From assembly GCA_963666285.1 (NCBI GenBank), contig OY762711.1: DNA of 64,000 nt; one strand, given 5' to 3'. How positions within the stretch are numbered: position 1 is the stretch's first letter; each line of letters starts with the position of its first letter. Both the position numbers and the translations under genes were made by a program. Shown here one piece after another: positions 1 through 10,617 of the stretch. A model generated the notes under the pieces. The model saw nothing but the letters and a program-made list of their open reading frames with translations, had not been told where the DNA came from and ran no database searches. The DNA comes from Sedimentisphaerales bacterium (GTDB lineage Bacteria; Planctomycetota; Phycisphaerae; Sedimentisphaerales; SM23-30).

Positions 1-271
1 ATAACAGGATTATGGCAAATAAAAAGAACCCGGGAGGAAGGCAAAGACTTCCAGGAATGGGTAATACATGATACCGCATATGTAAAAAGAATTTCGCCCT
101 GGTTAGATATTAAAATTTGTTTCATGACCGTCAAATATTTACTAAAATCATTTATTGAACAATTCTAAAACATAAGTATAATATAATACGTGGGATATAG
201 TGTCATATCTGATATCGTATAATAATATTTTATAAAATAGAGATTTAATTGATTTCATTGAAAGAAATAAT

Positions 272-3200
272 ATGAGAAATAAAGGTAAAATAAACGTTAT
301 TCCTATTTTTGTCCTGGTTATTGCCTTGGCACTTTTAATTTTGGGAGCTGTTGCCATCCGGCATTGGAATAAGAGTAAAAAAATGAGTGAAGGACTTCGC
401 CTCGGACTTATTGCGTATGAACAAAAAGACTGGATGGAAGCAGCCACACAACTTGGCTATTACCTTGGCGGAGCTCAGGATGATATCGAAATATTGTCTA
501 AATATGCTGAATGCTTGACAAAAGCTAGGCCAACAGAACCATCAAGGTTAATGTCTGCAGCAAATACTTATAAAATCATATTAAGAAACGATAAAACAAA
601 TGTCAATGCAGTCGAAAAAGCTTCTGACATCTATATTGCCATTGGAAGTCCTGGCGAAGCCGAACTCATGCTCTCTAACGCAATTGAGTTGCTTCCTGAA
701 AATGAAGATTTGCATAATAAATACGCTCTTTCACTGGCAATACAAAGAAAACTTGACAAGCTTTTAGAGCTTAAAAATCAATATCCAGATCAATTAAAAG
801 CCTACTATCAGTTTATTGCTGAGCTGTGTACAGCCGAAGATAAATATTCTATTGCTTCCGATATTCTGATGCAGGTAATCGATAAATACCCGGAAGAAAT
901 AAGTGCGTATCAAAGTATGGTCAACCTGATACTGCAGAAGAATTACAAAAATAAAACTTTGCCGAATGTAGATAAAGTCAGTGTTTACAAGGAAATGGAG
1001 CCTTGGGTTAAACAGGCAGAAAAATCTTGTCCTGATTCGCCCAAATTATATCTAATGCTGGCAAACATCGCACTCTGGAATCAAGAGTTTAACCAGGTCC
1101 CAATACACCTGAATAAAGCCCTGGAACTGACAAAGGATGATGAACAACTTATAAAGATACAAATTGCATCAATTTACTCACAACTCGAACAGATAAAACC
1201 TGAAAACTTTAAGGGAATGACCGACCTCGCTATCAATATTTGCACTAACATAGTAGATAAAGATCCAGGTAGCCTGCGTGCCTGGAAGGCACTTATTGGG
1301 TTTATCAGGTTAGCCAACAACCAACAGCTATTAAATGAAATTACCGAAAAAGCCTTAAATTCTCTTGACAACACTTCAAGGTGGGATTTTATCCCCACTG
1401 CTATAGAAAATTACACTTCACTTCGTGAAAATGAAAAAGCCATGAAATTAATTAATGAAGTTGAAGAATCTAAAGTCATGGAAGCTCGTGTTGCATACTG
1501 GAAATCACTTATTGCTAGAAATAATAATGACAGCCTTAAAGAAATTGACCTGCTCAATAAGGCTATTCTACTTGGTTATAATAATAATCTAGTAAAAATA
1601 CAATTAGCCAATGCCTATAGAAATAATAATGATATATCTTCAGCAATCCTGCACCTAAGAGAAGTTCATGAAAAGTCGCCTGATATTAGAAGCGTAACAC
1701 TGGACCTGGCAAATCTGTATCTGCAAACTCAACAATTCAATGATGCAATCGCTACCGCTCAACAACTGCTTCAAAGATCGGAAAATGACGCAGATGCAAT
1801 AGCCATTGTTCTCCAAGCTAATATTCAGGCTGCCTCTAAAAATGAGCTTAAAGATCCGGAAAATTCTCTTTACGCTTCTATCCTGGCTGAGATATCAAAA
1901 CAAATGGACAAATTCGCTAATCCGCTGATCCCTAAAAGAATAATGTTTAGCCTTGCTGTTAAAGCTGAAAAGTTTGACGATGCATATACTATCATTGAAC
2001 AGCTAAAAAATGACAAATCAGTTGAGCAAGTTGATATTGAAAACTTACAACTTAGCCTTTTTCTCAATAAATCGCAATATTTTGAATCATTAAAACAAGA
2101 GGAAGATGCTCAAAAATCACAAAATGAAGCTATCAAAATACTTAAAAAACAAGTAAATTCTAACCCGGATAATATCAGTCTAACTTCAAGCCTTGCCAGT
2201 TTACTAGCAAGTAATAATAAATTTAATGAAGCACTCTCCATGATTGACCATTCTCTTGAAACTGCAAAATCAACTGCAAGCAAAAGAAACCTTATTTTTA
2301 CCAAATCAGACATAATTTTGGCTGAAGATAAAAATAACAAAGTTGATAACCCGGAAAATAGAGCATTAGCTGTTATCGAAAACTATTTGACAGATAATCC
2401 CCAGGATATCACAGCTTTAAGAAAGACTCTATATTTTAAGTCTGTTATTAATGATGCCGCGAAAGCTAAAAATACAATTGATTCAATTAAAGAAATAGAA
2501 GGAACCGATGGGCGTATTTGGAAAATCGAATTTGCCAGATACTGTTTACTGCAGGAAGAATTTAATAAAGCTGATGCACAGGATGCTATCACACAGCTAA
2601 AAGACATCCTGACCAAGAATCCTTTTGATCATGAATGTGCTGCGACCCTGGCTCGACTGTACGAAAAAGATGACCAGCTTCAACTGGCAGCCAACCTCTG
2701 GCTTGAAATTCATAATCGTTATTTGAATAATATCCAATTTGCAGACAGTGCAATCAGATGTCTCAGACGTGCCGGTCAAAATGATAGAGCAAATGATTTA
2801 ATCCAGCAAATGCTCGCACAGAAGCCTGACGACCCTCTCATGCTGGGACACGAAGTTGTTAGATTACTGGAAACAAATCAAAGTGACAAGGCTGAAGCTA
2901 TTCTGGAAAAATTATATTCTAATGGCAGCGATTCAATCACTCAAATTGTAACATTAGCAAACATGTACTACAATAAAGCTGAAAATTTCCCCAAAGAGAA
3001 CACTAACGACAAGGAAGCATACTACAAAAAGGCTTTACAATTATGTAATGACATTATTGCAGACAATACATATAATTATGAGGCATATTCAATTAAAGTT
3101 GGTGCCATGTTAGGTTTAGGGAGAAATAACGAAGCTAAAACAGTCTGCGATAAAGCCCTGGTACAAAATCTATCCGCCCAAAGCTATCTGCTTATGGCAC

Positions 3201-4786
3201 GTTTTTACCTAAACACTGATGATACAGATTCTTCTTTAGAAAATCTGGAAAAAGCTTGTACATTTGATAATCTGCTGGAAACTGATTATGCGAGTATTAT
3301 TGTACTTTACACAGCCCTGCAAGATACAAATGATGCCGTTAAATATGGTAAAATGGCTCTAAATCAGTTTCCAGATAATCTTGTCCTGGCCCGCCAGGTA
3401 ATATCATTATTACTTTTCCCTGCCACAAAACCTGCTTTATCAGCTCAACAAATAAACTCTCTTGATGAAAATAAACAGGAAGAATTAGTAGAGCAAAAAA
3501 TAAAAGAAATGGCCAAAGAAGGTAAACAACTATTAGATACAACAATGACTAAACATCCGGATGATAACCTTTTAAAAACACTTAAATCAAGATTCCTGAT
3601 TGACAGCGGCACGAAACCTGAACTTAGCACTGCTCGTAAACTATTAACAGAAGTCGTATCTAACCAAACAGATAATTTAGAAGCATGGCTGCTTTTAATC
3701 CAAATCGAGTTTAAAGGTCTACAATATGAAAGAGCAATTGACATTATCAATACTGCCTTACAGTATTTCCCTGAACAACCGGCTTTAATTTTCCAAAAAG
3801 CGGAGGCTGAAAGCAGGATAAACCCGGAACTAGCTAAACTAACACTCGAAAAAATATCTTCACTTGCTTCTACAGATGCAAATATTGGGATAAGACTGGC
3901 TAGCATATACCTGACTAGAAATGAACCTGAACAGGCATTAAAACTTCTGGATACCGCTGAAAAACTTACACAGAATAAATCGCAGCTTCAAACTATCACT
4001 ATTCTTAGAATACTTGCTTCATACAAACAAGGCAATAAAGAAGTTATAAATGAAATAAACCAGATACTTTCTGAACAGCCCAATAATATTGATGCACTCA
4101 TTGCAAAAGTTGATATGCTGATTTTTGATGAAAATTGGAATGGCATATCTGCAACCATATCTCAATGGGAACAAAACAATCCAGATGACCTACAATCATT
4201 ATTAAACGTTGTAAGCATGTTATTAAGACACCAGAAAAATGAAAATGCCTATAATATGATTTTCGAGCTTACAGATAAAATCATTGCAAAAGAGCCGGAT
4301 AATATTGCTGCCCTGCAGGTTCAGGCTGCATTATCAAACATAAACCAGGACATCCAGAAAGCCATCGAAAGATATAACCAGATTCTAAAATATGATCCGG
4401 AAAATACAGTAGCTATGAATAATTTAGCCTGGGTTCTTTCTGAGGAGCTTAATAAGCCGAATGAAGCTTTAAAGTTGACTGAAAAAGCTCTTGAAATTAA
4501 TGAAAACTATGCGGATCTAAATGATACTACAGGTGTAATATATTTCAGACTTGGCAATTACGGCAAATCGATTGAAAAACTGGAAAAAGCTGTCTCTCTA
4601 TACAATAATAACGATCCGGAACTGGTTAATACCTTCTTCCATCTAGGCAGATCCCATTACCTTGCTGGCAACAAGGTTGAAGCCGGTAAATTTCTACAGA
4701 GAGCAAAAGAGTTTAACGAAAGTACGAATACACTTACCGATAAGGACAAAACCGAGCTGAATGAACTACTCAGTTCTGATCAATAG
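272..4786 (+). CDS. Large tetratricopeptide-repeat protein with N-terminal membrane anchor (PrsT-like)
   Basis: 1504-aa ORF; N-terminal hydrophobic helix followed by many TPR-like helical repeats (e.g. AMNNLAWVL, DTTGVIYFRLG). Confidence 0.8.
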   Translation: MRNKGKINVIPIFVLVIALALLILGAVAIRHWNKSKKMSEGLRLGLIAYEQKDWMEAATQLGYYLGGAQDDIEILSKYAECLTKARPTEPSRLMSAANTYKIILRNDKTNVNAVEKASDIYIAIGSPGEAELMLSNAIELLPENEDLHNKYALSLAIQRKLDKLLELKNQYPDQLKAYYQFIAELCTAEDKYSIASDILMQVIDKYPEEISAYQSMVNLILQKNYKNKTLPNVDKVSVYKEMEPWVKQAEKSCPDSPKLYLMLANIALWNQEFNQVPIHLNKALELTKDDEQLIKIQIASIYSQLEQIKPENFKGMTDLAINICTNIVDKDPGSLRAWKALIGFIRLANNQQLLNEITEKALNSLDNTSRWDFIPTAIENYTSLRENEKAMKLINEVEESKVMEARVAYWKSLIARNNNDSLKEIDLLNKAILLGYNNNLVKIQLANAYRNNNDISSAILHLREVHEKSPDIRSVTLDLANLYLQTQQFNDAIATAQQLLQRSENDADAIAIVLQANIQAASKNELKDPENSLYASILAEISKQMDKFANPLIPKRIMFSLAVKAEKFDDAYTIIEQLKNDKSVEQVDIENLQLSLFLNKSQYFESLKQEEDAQKSQNEAIKILKKQVNSNPDNISLTSSLASLLASNNKFNEALSMIDHSLETAKSTASKRNLIFTKSDIILAEDKNNKVDNPENRALAVIENYLTDNPQDITALRKTLYFKSVINDAAKAKNTIDSIKEIEGTDGRIWKIEFARYCLLQEEFNKADAQDAITQLKDILTKNPFDHECAATLARLYEKDDQLQLAANLWLEIHNRYLNNIQFADSAIRCLRRAGQNDRANDLIQQMLAQKPDDPLMLGHEVVRLLETNQSDKAEAILEKLYSNGSDSITQIVTLANMYYNKAENFPKENTNDKEAYYKKALQLCNDIIADNTYNYEAYSIKVGAMLGLGRNNEAKTVCDKALVQNLSAQSYLLMARFYLNTDDTDSSLENLEKACTFDNLLETDYASIIVLYTALQDTNDAVKYGKMALNQFPDNLVLARQVISLLLFPATKPALSAQQINSLDENKQEELVEQKIKEMAKEGKQLLDTTMTKHPDDNLLKTLKSRFLIDSGTKPELSTARKLLTEVVSNQTDNLEAWLLLIQIEFKGLQYERAIDIINTALQYFPEQPALIFQKAEAESRINPELAKLTLEKISSLASTDANIGIRLASIYLTRNEPEQALKLLDTAEKLTQNKSQLQTITILRILASYKQGNKEVINEINQILSEQPNNIDALIAKVDMLIFDENWNGISATISQWEQNNPDDLQSLLNVVSMLLRHQKNENAYNMIFELTDKIIAKEPDNIAALQVQAALSNINQDIQKAIERYNQILKYDPENTVAMNNLAWVLSEELNKPNEALKLTEKALEINENYADLNDTTGVIYFRLGNYGKSIEKLEKAVSLYNNNDPELVNTFFHLGRSHYLAGNKVEAGKFLQRAKEFNESTNTLTDKDKTELNELLSSDQ

Positions 4787-4830
4787 TCGATATAACTCAT
4801 TTAATTCGTACAATCACTACATCCATCATA

Positions 4831-4860
4831 AAAGACTTGCCTGTGCAAGTCTTTTTTTTT
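4831..4860 (+). terminator. Rho-independent terminator
   Basis: AAAGACTTGC-ctgt-GCAAGTCTTT hairpin followed by a T-run, downstream of the TPR gene. Confidence 0.85.
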
Positions 4861-4989
4861 GCTGTATATAAATGTTGTTTTTATGCATCATTTTTTTTCA
4901 AATGTTGTTTTTTATATAGTATAATCTATTGAGTAATATGCAATTCAAGTAAATTTCGATAACTATTATCATGCAAGAAAGGCTTTGAT

Positions 4990-5691
4990 ATCAATAATAT
5001 TATCAACAACAATAATGAACAACTTGAGGTTCTTGGCAGAATCACTGCCCAGGTAGCCCATGAACTAAACAACTCCATAGATGGTATGACCAGTTTTCTT
5101 TCCATGGCTCAAGCAAAGCTCAATGCCGGGCAAACAGATAAAACTGCCCAATATCTAAACAATATTGAGCTGGAACTTAAACAAATGGCTAATACTTTAA
5201 CTAACCTTCTGTCTTATTCAAGACCAGATAACATCCAAACAGAAAATGAATGTATTAGTGAAATAATTAAACGTTCTATTTACATGTTTGAACCGGAAGC
5301 CCATAAAAAAAATATTGATATACATGCTGTTTTTTCTCCTGATGCTGATATCTTTCCACTGGAAACCGGGCTGCTACCCGGTGTCTTCAATAATATTATC
5401 AAAAATGCTATACATGCTACGGATTCAGGTCATATCAAAATTAAAACAATACTAAATGATAATTCTATAATCATAACTATTAAAGATACCGGATCAGGTA
5501 TCCCTGAAAAATACATAAATGACATTTTCAGGCCTTTTTTTACTACCAAAGATAAAACTCATGGAACCGGTCTTGGCTTAGCAATCAGTAAAGAAATTGT
5601 TGAAAAAAGAGGCGGCACTATTTCTGCAAATAACCATCCGCAGGAAGGATGTGTGTTTGAAATAAGAATTCCTGTTAGCGAGAATTACTAA
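4990..5691 (+). CDS. Sensor-less histidine kinase (HisKA + HATPase); start upstream of first ATG (5086), probably ATC at 4990
   Basis: H-box AQVAHELNN is in frame upstream of the ATG at 5086; N, G1 (DTGSGI), F (FRPFFTTK) and G2 (GTGLGL) boxes; SD-like AAGAAAGG 7 nt before ATC. Confidence 0.75.
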   Translation: MNNIINNNNEQLEVLGRITAQVAHELNNSIDGMTSFLSMAQAKLNAGQTDKTAQYLNNIELELKQMANTLTNLLSYSRPDNIQTENECISEIIKRSIYMFEPEAHKKNIDIHAVFSPDADIFPLETGLLPGVFNNIIKNAIHATDSGHIKIKTILNDNSIIITIKDTGSGIPEKYINDIFRPFFTTKDKTHGTGLGLAISKEIVEKRGGTISANNHPQEGCVFEIRIPVSENY

Positions 5692-5715
5692 TTATTTATT
5701 TTTGAATGGTTTTTT

Positions 5716-7080
5716 ATGTCAGAAAAGAAAATACTTATTGTTGATAATGATAGATTAACCAGGAACTCCCTGCAAGAGTTACTTTCCAGAAATGGTTTCT
5801 TGTCGGAAGTTGTATCATGTTTTGATGATACAATTAAGGAACTGGGAAAAAACTCTTACAAAATCGTTATTATAGATATTAACCTGCCTGACCAGGACAC
5901 CTTTAAACTATTGAAAATAATCAATAAACAATATCCCTTTATTAAAATTATTATCACTTCTGAGTTCGCTTCTGTCTCAAAAGCAGTTGAGGCCATAAAA
6001 GAAGGTGCTTTCGATTTCATCACTAAACCCATAAATGAAGAAAGTATGTTGCACAGTATCGATAAAGCCTTTCAAAATATAGAATTACTAAATGATGATA
6101 ATAAAAATTCCAAAGAAAATACCTACAGCGGGCTTTATAATATCATGGGATGTGATAGAAAAATGATGGATATCTTCGATATTATCGAGTCTGTTGCCCC
6201 TACTAAAGCTACTGTATTAATCACTGGAAGTAGTGGCACTGGTAAAAGTATGGTTGCACGTGCTATCCATCAAATGTCAGACCGGGCTGATAATCCTTTC
6301 GTTGAGGTTAGTTGCGGTTCCTTACCGGAAACTCTCCTGGAAAGTGAGCTCTTTGGCCATATAAAGGGTGCTTTCACTGGTGCTATTGCAGATAAAGAAG
6401 GAAAGTTTCTTGCCGCAGACGGGGGAACTTTATTCCTGGATGAAATAAACTCTGCCAGCCCTTCGATGCAGGTTAAATTGTTAAGAGTTCTACAGCACAA
6501 AATGTTTGAACCTGTTGGCTCGAATAAAACACATGAAGTTAATGTGCGTATATTATTGGCTACTAACAAAAATCTTACCAGACTTATAGACAAAGGTATC
6601 TTCCGAGAAGATCTCTATTATCGAATTAATGTTATAAATATCGACCTGCCAGACCTAAACCAGCGAAACAACGATATTATAATGCTTGCTGAACATTTCC
6701 TGAAAAAATTGTCTAAATATCATGACAAATCTTTCTCTGGATTCTCTACAGATACTATTGATGCCTTGGTAAATTATCATTGGCCCGGCAATGTTCGCGA
6801 ACTTGAAAATGCTATCGAAAGAGCTGTTGTTCTTGGTAAACAAAACACAATTACAATCCAGGATCTTCCCGGTAACATTTCAGAATCAGCTGCGGAAAGC
6901 ATTTCCGGCAAAGATAGCCACCAAAGCTTAAAAAAGGCTTTGGAAATACCGGAAAAACAAATAATTGTAAACACCTTAAAGCAATGTAACTGGAATCGTA
7001 ATAAGACCGCCGAAATATTGGAAATCAACCGCACAACATTATACAAAAAAATGAAATATTACGATTTATACGCAGGATAA
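5716..7080 (+). CDS. Sigma54-dependent response regulator (NtrC/AtoC family: REC-AAA-HTH)
   Basis: Receiver domain, Walker A GSSGTGKS, GAFTGA loop, WPGNVRELEN, Fis-type HTH. Confidence 0.93.
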   Translation: MSEKKILIVDNDRLTRNSLQELLSRNGFLSEVVSCFDDTIKELGKNSYKIVIIDINLPDQDTFKLLKIINKQYPFIKIIITSEFASVSKAVEAIKEGAFDFITKPINEESMLHSIDKAFQNIELLNDDNKNSKENTYSGLYNIMGCDRKMMDIFDIIESVAPTKATVLITGSSGTGKSMVARAIHQMSDRADNPFVEVSCGSLPETLLESELFGHIKGAFTGAIADKEGKFLAADGGTLFLDEINSASPSMQVKLLRVLQHKMFEPVGSNKTHEVNVRILLATNKNLTRLIDKGIFREDLYYRINVINIDLPDLNQRNNDIIMLAEHFLKKLSKYHDKSFSGFSTDTIDALVNYHWPGNVRELENAIERAVVLGKQNTITIQDLPGNISESAAESISGKDSHQSLKKALEIPEKQIIVNTLKQCNWNRNKTAEILEINRTTLYKKMKYYDLYAG

Positions 7081-7133
7081 AACAAAATCGGCTATCTCTT
7101 TCAATAGACTGTTTATTATTTATATCATAAAAA

Positions 7134-8534
7134 ATGTCAGCACGAATACTTAAAAATTTCTTTAATATCGTCAGTATTATTCTTATCGGAGTGATAAGTT
7201 TCACTGTCTGCTACCATCTATTTTACCAGTACTGGACCACGGGCCAATTCGCTAACCCAAACGAAGAAATAAAGTTTGATAAAGATGTCGTCAACCGCTC
7301 TATTGCTTCCACGGTTTCTGTCGTCGCAAAGAATCTTAATAATTCAACTGTATCAAAAGGGAGCGGCTTCTTTATAAGCAATGATGGCACTGTAATTACC
7401 AATCAACACGTTATTGATGATTGTGACTTCATTATGATTATTAACCATAATGGAAACAAATACAAGGCTCAAATAGTTTCCTCTGATAAAAGGTCAGATA
7501 TTGCAGTATTAAAGATCAATATTGAAAACTCTAACTATCTAACTTTTGGAAATCTTGAAAATGTTTATCATGGACAGCCGGTATTTACCTTGGGTAATCC
7601 ATTAAATTTTGCTACTGACGGCAACGCCGTGGTATCAGTTGGCAGAATAACAAAGCTCAATAGTGCATCATTCCATACTCTTGACTTTCCAAATGACAGG
7701 TTTTATAGCAATCTAATCCAAATCAATGCCGCTACTTATATGGGTAACAGTGGCGGACCTCTTATAAATGCTGATGGTCAGGTAATTGGTATTATGACTG
7801 TAGCAGCTAACTCTATTGCTAATTCGAATATAGGATTTGCTATTGCTATCGATGATGTATTCAAAAAAATGATTAGTGATCTATCCTCTGGAAAAACCGT
7901 TAACCATGGATTTTTGGGAACAATTCATACCCCTGAAATACCTGCTGAAATAATAAGTCAATACAATCTCTCAGACCTGTCCGGGGCATATGTCAGTATG
8001 GTACTGCCCGGCTCCCCTGCCCAAAAATCCGGGATCATAAAAGGGGATATAATTAAATCTGTTGACAACATAGATATAAATGATCGTTCAGATTTGATTG
8101 CTTATATAAATACAATTCAGCCTGGTAATGAAGTGAATATTTCTATACAAAGGCCGCAATACAATTACACTTTAAAAGATATTTCTCTTACTGCTAAACT
8201 GGAAAATCGGACACTCAACAGCCGTAATGGCTATTTTGAAGAAGCAAATCTTCCGGAAACGGCCGCTTGGGGAATTACGGTAAAACCTTTGAGCCAATGG
8301 CGTATAGAAAAATCGCATATCCCGGCTGATATTGAGGGAGTGATTATTTATGATATTGAACCGGAAGGACCTTTGAAAATCATGGATTTACAACCTGGAG
8401 ATATCATTACCCATATAAATGGTAATCCGGTTAAATCTATTTATGAGTTTAGCCTTTTCGCAAGAGAATCAGTCTTTACTCCTCAATTCACAACATGGAA
8501 TAACAGGACCGCCATCGAAGGTTATCGCAAATAA
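7134..8534 (+). CDS. HtrA/DegP-like trypsin serine protease with two PDZ domains
   Basis: GSGF, TNQHV, DIAVLK, GNSGGPL catalytic motifs; PDZ-like GSPAQKSGI..GDII; N-terminal TM helix. Confidence 0.88.
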   Translation: MSARILKNFFNIVSIILIGVISFTVCYHLFYQYWTTGQFANPNEEIKFDKDVVNRSIASTVSVVAKNLNNSTVSKGSGFFISNDGTVITNQHVIDDCDFIMIINHNGNKYKAQIVSSDKRSDIAVLKINIENSNYLTFGNLENVYHGQPVFTLGNPLNFATDGNAVVSVGRITKLNSASFHTLDFPNDRFYSNLIQINAATYMGNSGGPLINADGQVIGIMTVAANSIANSNIGFAIAIDDVFKKMISDLSSGKTVNHGFLGTIHTPEIPAEIISQYNLSDLSGAYVSMVLPGSPAQKSGIIKGDIIKSVDNIDINDRSDLIAYINTIQPGNEVNISIQRPQYNYTLKDISLTAKLENRTLNSRNGYFEEANLPETAAWGITVKPLSQWRIEKSHIPADIEGVIIYDIEPEGPLKIMDLQPGDIITHINGNPVKSIYEFSLFARESVFTPQFTTWNNRTAIEGYRK

Positions 8535-8544
8535 TACATCCGGA

Positions 8545-10323
8545 CTAGCTTATATCAGCTTCATCCATATATCGATATAGTGTCGCCCTGCCTACACCCA
8601 GAATTTCTGCCGCCTTTGTACGATTACCTTCTGATTGACGTAATGCCTGGATAACCCTGCTACGATCGAGCTTACGCTTTCGCTTCCTGCTTTTTTTGCT
8701 GCTTGAATCGCTATTCTTTTTCACACTGCCGGATACAGCCCCCTGACCTATCTCTGGCGGTAAATGTTCCAGCCTGATCACATCTTCCTTGCATTTTACG
8801 AAAGAATACTGTACCGCATTTTGAAGCTCTCGGATATTACCCGGCCAGCTGTAATCTATCATTAGCTGCAGGGCCTGGTCACTTATATCCTTTATTTCAC
8901 GATTCTGCTGTCCGTTAAACAGCTTTATAAAATGCCTGATCAACAGCGGTATATCATTCCGCCTTGCACGTAAAGGCGGAAGCTCTAGTGGCACCACACA
9001 TAACCTGTAATATAAGTCTTCGCGAAAATCACCTGTAGCTACCATCTTCTTTAAATCGCGATTTGTGGCACTTATCACTCGAACATCAATATTAATTGAC
9101 TTCTCACCGCCAACCGGCTCAATCACTTTCTCCTGCAGTACTCTCAACAGTTTTACCTGCATCATAGAACTAAGCTCACCAACCTCATCCAGGAAAATAG
9201 TCCCGCCATCGGCCAACTCAAATTTTCCCTTCTTGTCACGATAGGCCCCTGTAAATGAGCCTTTTACATGACCAAATAGCTCACTCTCCAGGATCCCCTC
9301 TGGCAGAGCCCCGCAATTAACCGCTACAAATGGTTTCCCTACACGATCACTTTCTCCATGGATAGCACCGGCTGCCAGTTCTTTTCCTGTGCCGCTTTCG
9401 CCATTAATCAAAACCGTACAATCACTGTCAGCCAAATCACGGATAAGAGCATATACCTCCTGCATAATCTTATCAGCTCCTATTATTCCATGAAAACTGA
9501 AAGTTCGCTTCATCGCATTTCGAAGCTGGGTAACTTCCGTTATATCATTAAAACATGCTATTACCCCTATTGGATTATCATCAAGATCTTTAATCGGGCT
9601 GATAAACATTTCGATCTTTTTAGGAATTCCGGTTTTTGTCGATGTATTCACTACATAATTCATAGCATCTGTAGATGCCAGATTCTTTGATATAGTATCA
9701 ACATCATTGCAAAATTCACACTTACCGCCGCAAAATCCGTTAAGAAATATTTCATGACAATCATAGCCAATCACTTCTGTACGGGAATAACCCAATATCC
9801 TTTCCGCTGATGTATTAAACCAGTTAATCTTTCGATAAAGGTCATGTACTATAACCCCCGACGGCAGGTGATCAAGAATTGTTTCCAGCTCATGCTTAAA
9901 TCCGGCTATAGCTGCCAGGTATCCGCCATTTAATAAATTTGTAATATTATGGCTCAATTCTCGCTCTAGCTGCTCTAATGAATATTCATTTTCCTCACCA
10001 CATTCATTCAGATCCCAATTCAATACAATTTCTTTTCCTGGCAAGGATTTACACACTCTTTCTATTCCGGTTCCTAAATTGATCACTACATCTGCACCAT
10101 TACAGTCACATTCTTCATAAATATCAATTGAAACCTGAATCGGATCAATGCCCAAATATGACAACTTTGCGGTATCAGATTCAACTTTATATGCTCCAGA
10201 TATAACTGCTCTGATTTCCAATGAGGCCTTGTTGCCGCTTTCCTCCCAGAAACGCCTGGCTAAAGCAGCAGCAACTATTGCACGATGGCCTTTTTCAATG
10301 TCAAAAAAAACTAACTTAATCAT
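8545..10323 (-). CDS. Sigma54 enhancer-binding protein: degenerate ArsC/LMW-PTP-like N-terminus, PAS, AAA, HTH
   Basis: GESGTGKE, GSFTGA, WPGNIREL; PAS segment (FNTSAERILGYSRTEVIG); C-terminal HTH. Confidence 0.88.
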   Translation of the reverse strand: MIKLVFFDIEKGHRAIVAAALARRFWEESGNKASLEIRAVISGAYKVESDTAKLSYLGIDPIQVSIDIYEECDCNGADVVINLGTGIERVCKSLPGKEIVLNWDLNECGEENEYSLEQLERELSHNITNLLNGGYLAAIAGFKHELETILDHLPSGVIVHDLYRKINWFNTSAERILGYSRTEVIGYDCHEIFLNGFCGGKCEFCNDVDTISKNLASTDAMNYVVNTSTKTGIPKKIEMFISPIKDLDDNPIGVIACFNDITEVTQLRNAMKRTFSFHGIIGADKIMQEVYALIRDLADSDCTVLINGESGTGKELAAGAIHGESDRVGKPFVAVNCGALPEGILESELFGHVKGSFTGAYRDKKGKFELADGGTIFLDEVGELSSMMQVKLLRVLQEKVIEPVGGEKSINIDVRVISATNRDLKKMVATGDFREDLYYRLCVVPLELPPLRARRNDIPLLIRHFIKLFNGQQNREIKDISDQALQLMIDYSWPGNIRELQNAVQYSFVKCKEDVIRLEHLPPEIGQGAVSGSVKKNSDSSSKKSRKRKRKLDRSRVIQALRQSEGNRTKAAEILGVGRATLYRYMDEADIS

Positions 10324-10343
10324 AGTTAACTTTCGCTGTTTTT

Positions 10344-10401
10344 AAGTTGCAATAACGAAGTGCCTCTGGTAAATCTCCTAAAAGGCCTTTCTGCAACACT
10401 T
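10344..10401. repeat. Short dispersed inverted-repeat element, copy 1 (related copy at 19715-19754)
   Basis: AAGTTGCAATAA...CCTAAAAGGCCTTTCTGCAACACTT; both ends shared with 19715-19754. Confidence 0.5.
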
Positions 10402-10617
10402 TGAATTAAATATACTCTCAAGAATTAGCTCAAAAATACGATTAAATGCACATATTGTGTCAGATACCGAAGTTCATTATAATTTATATTCTATTGCAAG
10501 AAAAGGACTTAATGTCACTATTTTTTCTTGATTATTAAGACTATCCGTCATAATATAAATAATGGACAGTTAGCTTAAAAAGATTGAGGCCAATGACTTA
10601 CGAAAGGTACAACTTAG

